Virus genome (UHGV): UHGV-0053823
DNA length: 11,023 nucleotides
Direction: 5' to 3' (one strand)
From: a virus
Part shown: positions 7,069 to 11,023 of the stretch, in pieces
How positions within the stretch are numbered: position 1 is the first letter of the stretch
How the letters are laid out: every line of letters starts with the position of its first letter
Notes under the pieces: model-generated
Seen by the model: only the letters and a program-made list of their open reading frames with translations
The model's database searches: none
Told to the model about the DNA's origin: nothing
Translations under genes and position numbers: made by a program

Positions 7069-7656
7069 TTAAAAACTATCGCCGCCGTACTGCCAGTAAC
7101 CCGGGTCGTCCGTGTGATTCGGGTTTGCGTTTTTGCTGCGATTGTCTTTGTCTTTGAGAGTGGAAGCTATATTTGCTACAGTTTCTGGTTTCTTTCCTTC
7201 TGCCTTTTCTTTCAGGGTTTGCCCTGTTTCTGCAATGAATGGAATACGGATTTCCATCTGGTAACTGTCTGCGCCAGTCTTTTTGTTTATGGTTAATACT
7301 TTCTGTAGCACCAACCCGATTTTCTTTCCGTGGAATTCAGGGGCAACGTATTTACTGACGGAAACCATATGTTGCGTTAACTGCCTGATTCCTGCACATC
7401 CCATCATTGCATGAACAATATTTGCACCAAACTTGTTTTCCGTTCCGTCATTTTTCTGAACACAAACACTGAGATACTGAATTTTGCGTCCGTCGTCGGA
7501 TTCTCCAGAAAACTCAATGAATCGGGCACCTTTTTCTGATTGCTTGAGTTCTGCTTCAGTAATGGTAATGATATGCGCACCTGTTTCGGTAATGAAACCA
7601 CCTTGTCCGGCGGTCAGTGCTGCTTCTTCGTTATAAGTAAAAATCACTTCATCCAT
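7069..7656 (-). CDS. Hypothetical 195-aa protein immediately downstream of exo
   Basis: ATG start 7 nt after the exo stop. C-terminal region is Lys-rich then acidic/aromatic, ending ...DDPGYWQYGGDSF. No confident family assignment. Confidence 0.55.
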   Translation of the reverse strand: MDEVIFTYNEEAALTAGQGGFITETGAHIITITEAELKQSEKGARFIEFSGESDDGRKIQYLSVCVQKNDGTENKFGANIVHAMMGCAGIRQLTQHMVSVSKYVAPEFHGKKIGLVLQKVLTINKKTGADSYQMEIRIPFIAETGQTLKEKAEGKKPETVANIASTLKDKDNRSKNANPNHTDDPGYWQYGGDSF

Positions 7657-7662
7657 TAGTTA

Positions 7663-8346
7663 TTAACCCCCCCATTGTTCTCCAAATACAAAACCAATTT
7701 CAGCCAGGGCTTCGTCCATTTTTTCGATGAACTCCGGCACCATCTCATCAAAACTCGCCATGTACTTTTCATCCCGTTCGACCACGACATAATGCAGGCC
7801 TTCTCGCTTCATGCGCGGGTCGTAGTTGGCAAAGTACCAGGCGTCCTTGTCTGTAACCCACATGCTGAATTGCACCTGAGCCATATAAGCGGGTTTGATA
7901 GCATCAAAGCCGCCAAGTCTGAACTTCATGAAGTCGCGGGAAGTGAAGGGACATTTCAGTTCAAGACCGTTGCCGTCGCTGCATAAACCGTCGGGAGAGC
8001 AGGCGGTGCGCATGCTTTCGTCACGAAAAATTATGGGCGTTTCCGAGACGGTAATATCCGCGATAAATTCGAAGAGGGCACGGGCATCATCTTCATACTG
8101 CTTTCCCCATGCGAGCGACTTAGCGTTAACTTCCGGTGCCACGCCGGTACAAACTTCAGCCAGCAGGGTGTGGAAGTATGAGATTTTGGTATCAGGCCAT
8201 TTGCTGCCGGAACGTGGCTTTGCTATCACATTGTGAACTTCTGAAGCCGTGATAATGCCGAGCCTGAGTTTGTGCCACCCATCATCGTCCTGGCTGAGTG
8301 TGGTAATATCCACGCCAGTTCGCTGGAGAATAATTTCTGGCGTCAT
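7663..8346 (-). CDS. exo: Lambda-type 5'-3' exonuclease (Red-alpha / Exo)
   Basis: 227-aa ORF that matches lambda Exo, as I recall it, along nearly its whole length ([11 protein letters not shown]..., [56 protein letters not shown]-terminus [10 protein letters not shown]). Start overlaps the annealase stop (ATGA). Confidence 0.9.
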   Translation of the reverse strand: MTPEIILQRTGVDITTLSQDDDGWHKLRLGIITASEVHNVIAKPRSGSKWPDTKISYFHTLLAEVCTGVAPEVNAKSLAWGKQYEDDARALFEFIADITVSETPIIFRDESMRTACSPDGLCSDGNGLELKCPFTSRDFMKFRLGGFDAIKPAYMAQVQFSMWVTDKDAWYFANYDPRMKREGLHYVVVERDEKYMASFDEMVPEFIEKMDEALAEIGFVFGEQWGG

Positions 8347-9293
8347 GATACGGCCTCGCTGTTATTTTCCGTGGTGGCGTGAACTTTCGCTTCCGCCGTG
8401 GCCTTGTTTCTGGCAGCTTTCTTTTTGACGAAAGCCAGCGCTTTGACAGCTTCTTCCTGATTGAGATTTTCATGTGATGCAATCGTGCGACCGAATATTT
8501 GGGAACACAGGGGGATCAGGTCATCCCATGTTTTGTTAATTTCGCTCATAGCCTGAGTGATCTCATTAATAATCTCATCTGATGCGGGAGTGACGTCACG
8601 CTCAGGGGGGTGATCAGCATTCAGGATGATACCTTCCCCGGCCTGAGTGTTCAGGTAGTCGATAGCCGTATCCAGGCGATCACGACGGGGCCAGTATTTG
8701 CTGGCGCGTTTAACAATGACTTTGCGGGCCATTTCATCGGGGAAACTATCCCACGGACTACTTCCCCCGTTCTGTCCGGCCTTGCTGCACGCTCTGATGG
8801 CTTCGATTGCCTCGTTGCTCATCTCTTCGGTCAGATAGTCGCCTTCGGATGTTTTGACGACACAATAACCGCCAATACGTGCGCCCCTGTCGACAAACGG
8901 GTTGTATTTGTGAGTGGGGGCGCAGTCAATGCCGTTGGACTCGTAAATGTCCTTCTCGTAAACAAGTTTGCATTGCCCCCACTGAATGGCTCCTGTGACC
9001 TGCGCCAGATGCAGAAGTCCCATATAACTGATATCCAGGCATACAGCACCTTTTCGCGGGACCAGATACGCCAGCTTACTGGCGGGGTTCAGGGTTATAC
9101 CAATGGCTGCAACATTGATGATAGCGTTCTGTGCGCTGGCTAGATTTCCCTGTGCTGTTTTAGCCAGAAAGTCATTTTTCTGGAATTGCTGAATTGCAAA
9201 CTGACTTTCCTTCGCCCATGTCAGCGTTGGTTCAGTCAATGCCTCGCAGAAAAATCGCTCCTGCTGTTTAACAAATTCAACGATATCGAACAT
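8343..9293 (-). CDS. ssDNA annealing protein: RecT-family core with a lambda Bet-like C-terminal domain
   Basis: Core motifs match RecT ([41 protein letters not shown] versus RecT SKAGNNGPWVTHWEEMAKKTAIRRLFKYLP). The C-terminal 70 aa ([16 protein letters not shown]...[20 protein letters not shown]...[15 protein letters not shown]) match the lambda Bet C-terminus as I recall it. Start placed at internal ATG 9293 (AGGA upstream, 16 nt after the Gam-like stop); the track's ATG at 9362 would overlap the upstream gene by 53 nt. Confidence 0.85.
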   Translation of the reverse strand: MFDIVEFVKQQERFFCEALTEPTLTWAKESQFAIQQFQKNDFLAKTAQGNLASAQNAIINVAAIGITLNPASKLAYLVPRKGAVCLDISYMGLLHLAQVTGAIQWGQCKLVYEKDIYESNGIDCAPTHKYNPFVDRGARIGGYCVVKTSEGDYLTEEMSNEAIEAIRACSKAGQNGGSSPWDSFPDEMARKVIVKRASKYWPRRDRLDTAIDYLNTQAGEGIILNADHPPERDVTPASDEIINEITQAMSEINKTWDDLIPLCSQIFGRTIASHENLNQEEAVKALAFVKKKAARNKATAEAKVHATTENNSEAVS

Positions 9294-9309
9294 TTTTTGG
9301 TCCTGAAAA

Positions 9310-9591
9310 TCAGAAAGGACAGGGGGAGAATTTCCTCTCCCATTCTTCTTCCGCCCGTGCATAGGCGATCGCTGAGATATAATCGTTGTACGCCTCTTCA
9401 GCTTTATCGCCAGTAAGTGCCAGCTGGGCTTCTTTGGGTAAAAAAAGGCTGCTCATAAGCAATGGTTTATCGGGGAACATGCTGATAAGCTCCAGCGCCC
9501 GATCATCAATCCATTTATCCTTTTCATCCTGAATTTGCTGATTAACCCAGCGACGCTCCTCTATGCGGTCGCAGGTTAGGTATGCGTTCAT
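9310..9591 (-). CDS. Putative Gam-like RecBCD inhibitor
   Basis: 93-aa ORF with AGGAG SD 7 nt upstream. N-terminus MNAYLTCDRIEERRW resembles the start of the short form of lambda Gam (MNAYYIQDRLEAQSW), and it sits directly upstream of the annealase and exo as gam does in lambda. Similarity beyond the N-terminus is weak. Confidence 0.45.
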   Translation of the reverse strand: MNAYLTCDRIEERRWVNQQIQDEKDKWIDDRALELISMFPDKPLLMSSLFLPKEAQLALTGDKAEEAYNDYISAIAYARAEEEWERKFSPCPF

Positions 9592-9611
9592 GGCGGAACT
9601 CCTGATTCTGG

Positions 9612-9893
9612 TTAATGCATTAAATTAATTTGTCGGGAAAGCTGACAGACAGGGCAGTTACATTCTTCCTCCTGCTCTTTAGCGAGGAAATATGCAGCGG
9701 CCTGTAATGCGATGTCTTCGAGGTGTTCCGCGATAAACATGATGCTTCCTTCCGTATCAATAACAGAAATAGACTTATCAGGCAGGACGACAAAATAGGC
9801 GATGATTTTATCATCCATAAAAACTTCTCCCATTATCGTTTCTGCTGGCGTTATGACGCTTTTTACATTGATATTAATTTTTTGGTTGAGCAT
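9612..9893 (-). CDS. Hypothetical 93-aa protein
   Basis: Internal ATG at 9893 with AAGGA SD 6 nt upstream; the longer track ORF from 9947 would overlap the preceding gene. AT-rich; contains a CNCPVC motif. No family recognised. Confidence 0.45.
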   Translation of the reverse strand: MLNQKININVKSVITPAETIMGEVFMDDKIIAYFVVLPDKSISVIDTEGSIMFIAEHLEDIALQAAAYFLAKEQEEECNCPVCQLSRQINLMH

Positions 9894-9904
9894 GATATTT
9901 CCTT

Positions 9905-10117
9905 TCAGGCTGGCGAGATTAACGGTTGGCCTTTGTGGTTCAGGCAAATTTCGATTGTCTCTGAGATAATGCGAATTTTTTCAATCAGTGAATGTGCGTA
10001 AAGCGCATTATTAACGTTTGCTGACGCCATGTAATAACGCCCGTTGTAAAGAATTGCTGTGCCGGGTTTAACTTCCTCGCGAGAAACTAATGCGGTTCCG
10101 TAGTGAGGTTTGAGCAT
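9905..10117 (-). CDS. Hypothetical 70-aa protein
   Basis: ATG start with GGAGGA SD 6 nt upstream; first gene after the Rha gene on the same strand. No family recognised. Confidence 0.45.
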   Translation of the reverse strand: MLKPHYGTALVSREEVKPGTAILYNGRYYMASANVNNALYAHSLIEKIRIISETIEICLNHKGQPLISPA

Positions 10118-10156
10118 GACAAATCCTCCGGTTAATTAATCCAGATATTTAATTTA

Positions 10157-10179
10157 ATCCCCGATACGTGATCGGGGAT
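10157..10179. repeat. Perfect 9-bp inverted repeat (ATCCCCGAT-acgtg-ATCGGGGAT) flanked by TTAATTAA octamers
   Basis: Seen directly in the sequence between the Rha stop (10188) and the next gene start (10117). TTAATTAA occurs at about 10132-10139 and 10184-10191. Could be an RNA hairpin or a dyad-symmetric protein-binding site. Confidence 0.5.
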
Positions 10180-10187
10180 GGGCTTAA

Positions 10188-10832
10188 TTAAAGATTAACG
10201 TTGAAACCAAAGCGGGAAGATTTTTCCGATGTACGGGAAATATCCAGCAATTTACGGCGCATTTCTTCCGTCAGATGTTTGAAAGCGTTAAATTCGGCAA
10301 CAGCGGCGTCAACGTTATAGCCCTTGCTGTGTAGTTCGTTGAGGATGCGCATAGTTGGGCTTGGCATATCGAAGAGCACGGAAGCATCAAGGCTGATAAC
10401 TTTGCGATCAACATAATTCATCGTGGCGTAGGGGTGATGCTCAGAAAACCACGATAAAGGGAAATTGATGTTCATCGCAGGAGAAGACAGGGCCAGTTGT
10501 TTCTGTTCCCATAGTTGTTTTTCCATGCGATCGAATTCAGCGATGTAGGCTTCTTTGAAAGCTGCGGCTTTTTTACCAGTGAATCCCATTACCAGGAAGA
10601 CGAAGCCGTTTTTGGTGATTTGATAGGCGTTATAGGTATTACCCCGGTGTTCGAATTTAACCCGCGAAAAGTTGCTGGTTAAGAATTGTTCAGAGCATTC
10701 AAGGGATTCTATTTTCTGAACAACATGGTGATGCTGCTTCTCAAAGAACTCTGCGATGTCAATTGACGTAGTGATGGCATTGCCGTTTTCAATAGTTACG
10801 GATGGGCGAGAAAGGGGAGATATAGTAGCCAT
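10188..10832 (-). CDS. Phage regulatory protein, Rha family
   Basis: 214-aa ORF from internal ATG 10832 preceded by a consensus SD (AAGGAGG, 9-nt spacing). N-terminal domain ITTSIDIAEFFEKQHHHVVQKIESLE ... YQITKNGFVFLVMGFTGKKAAAFKEAYIAEFDRMEKQL matches the Rha domain. Confidence 0.75.
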   Translation of the reverse strand: MATISPLSRPSVTIENGNAITTSIDIAEFFEKQHHHVVQKIESLECSEQFLTSNFSRVKFEHRGNTYNAYQITKNGFVFLVMGFTGKKAAAFKEAYIAEFDRMEKQLWEQKQLALSSPAMNINFPLSWFSEHHPYATMNYVDRKVISLDASVLFDMPSPTMRILNELHSKGYNVDAAVAEFNAFKHLTEEMRRKLLDISRTSEKSSRFGFNVNL

Positions 10833-10997
10833 GGTGGCAGCCTCCTTGATTGGTGATTGATAACCACCGCCGGAGGTCCTAAACTCGCTGGCGGTGGACT
10901 GTACAGGGTTAGGACTACTGGCAATCAAGGGAACCAGCCCGACCGAAGTCGGCCCCATACAGCCCACCATTGATAAGATGTGCGTGCATGTCGATAC

Positions 10998-11023
10998 AAA
11001 AAAAAGCCCGCGGCACGGCAGGG
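10998..11023 (-). terminator. Possible intrinsic terminator for minus-strand transcription, truncated by window edge
   Basis: Plus strand reads A8 followed by GC-rich GCCCGCGGCACGGCAGGG; on the minus strand this is a GC-rich segment followed by U8. The partner arm of the stem would lie beyond position 11023. Confidence 0.25.

Noticed and set aside
8610-9143. 177-aa plus-strand ORF inside the annealase gene
   Set aside because: Antisense to a gene with strong family-level similarity; its frame is open because of GC-rich codon bias, not coding signal.
9294-9362. Longer annealase start at ATG 9362
   Set aside because: It would overlap the 3' end of the Gam-like gene by 53 nt and lacks an SD; the internal ATG at 9293 has AGGA upstream. 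Not fully excluded.
10833-10970. N-terminal 46-codon extension of the Rha ORF (track ORF starts at 10970)
   Set aside because: The internal ATG at 10832 has a consensus AAGGAGG SD at ideal spacing, and the upstream stretch is GC-rich and structured like a leader; the extension is probably untranslated.
1-11023. CRISPR array, tRNA/rRNA genes, integrase or att site
   Set aside because: No spaced direct-repeat array, no tRNA-like cloverleaf signatures and no tyrosine or serine recombinase ORF were recognisable in any frame.

Overview
This window looks like the early region of a lambdoid (pro)phage from an enterobacterium, with almost every gene on the minus strand. All calls are from reading the sequence and recalling protein families; no searches were run. 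From right to left: a Rha-family regulator, two small unknown genes, a lambda Red-like recombination module (Gam-like, annealase, lambda-type Exo), then a block of accessory genes (three unknowns, a 187-aa protein with an in-frame tandem repeat, a PAPS-reductase-like PP-loop enzyme, Ead/Ea22-like and DUF551 proteins, and a coupled 27-aa hydrophobic peptide). A plus-strand ParD/ParE-like toxin-antitoxin pair follows, then a DUF968 protein, RusA and the start of an antiterminator Q gene running off the left edge. The most notable points are: (1) the annealase appears chimeric, a RecT-like core fused to a lambda Bet-like C-terminal domain, next to a near-lambda Exo; (2) a Red-type operon and a nin/Q segment lie collinear on one strand with no immunity, replication or integrase genes between them, with the TA pair at the junction; (3) a PAPS-reductase-like enzyme and several small or unannotated ORFs sit in the accessory block. 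No CRISPR array, tRNA, rRNA, integrase or att site was recognised. Hand-counted coordinates of short motifs may be off by 1-2 bp.
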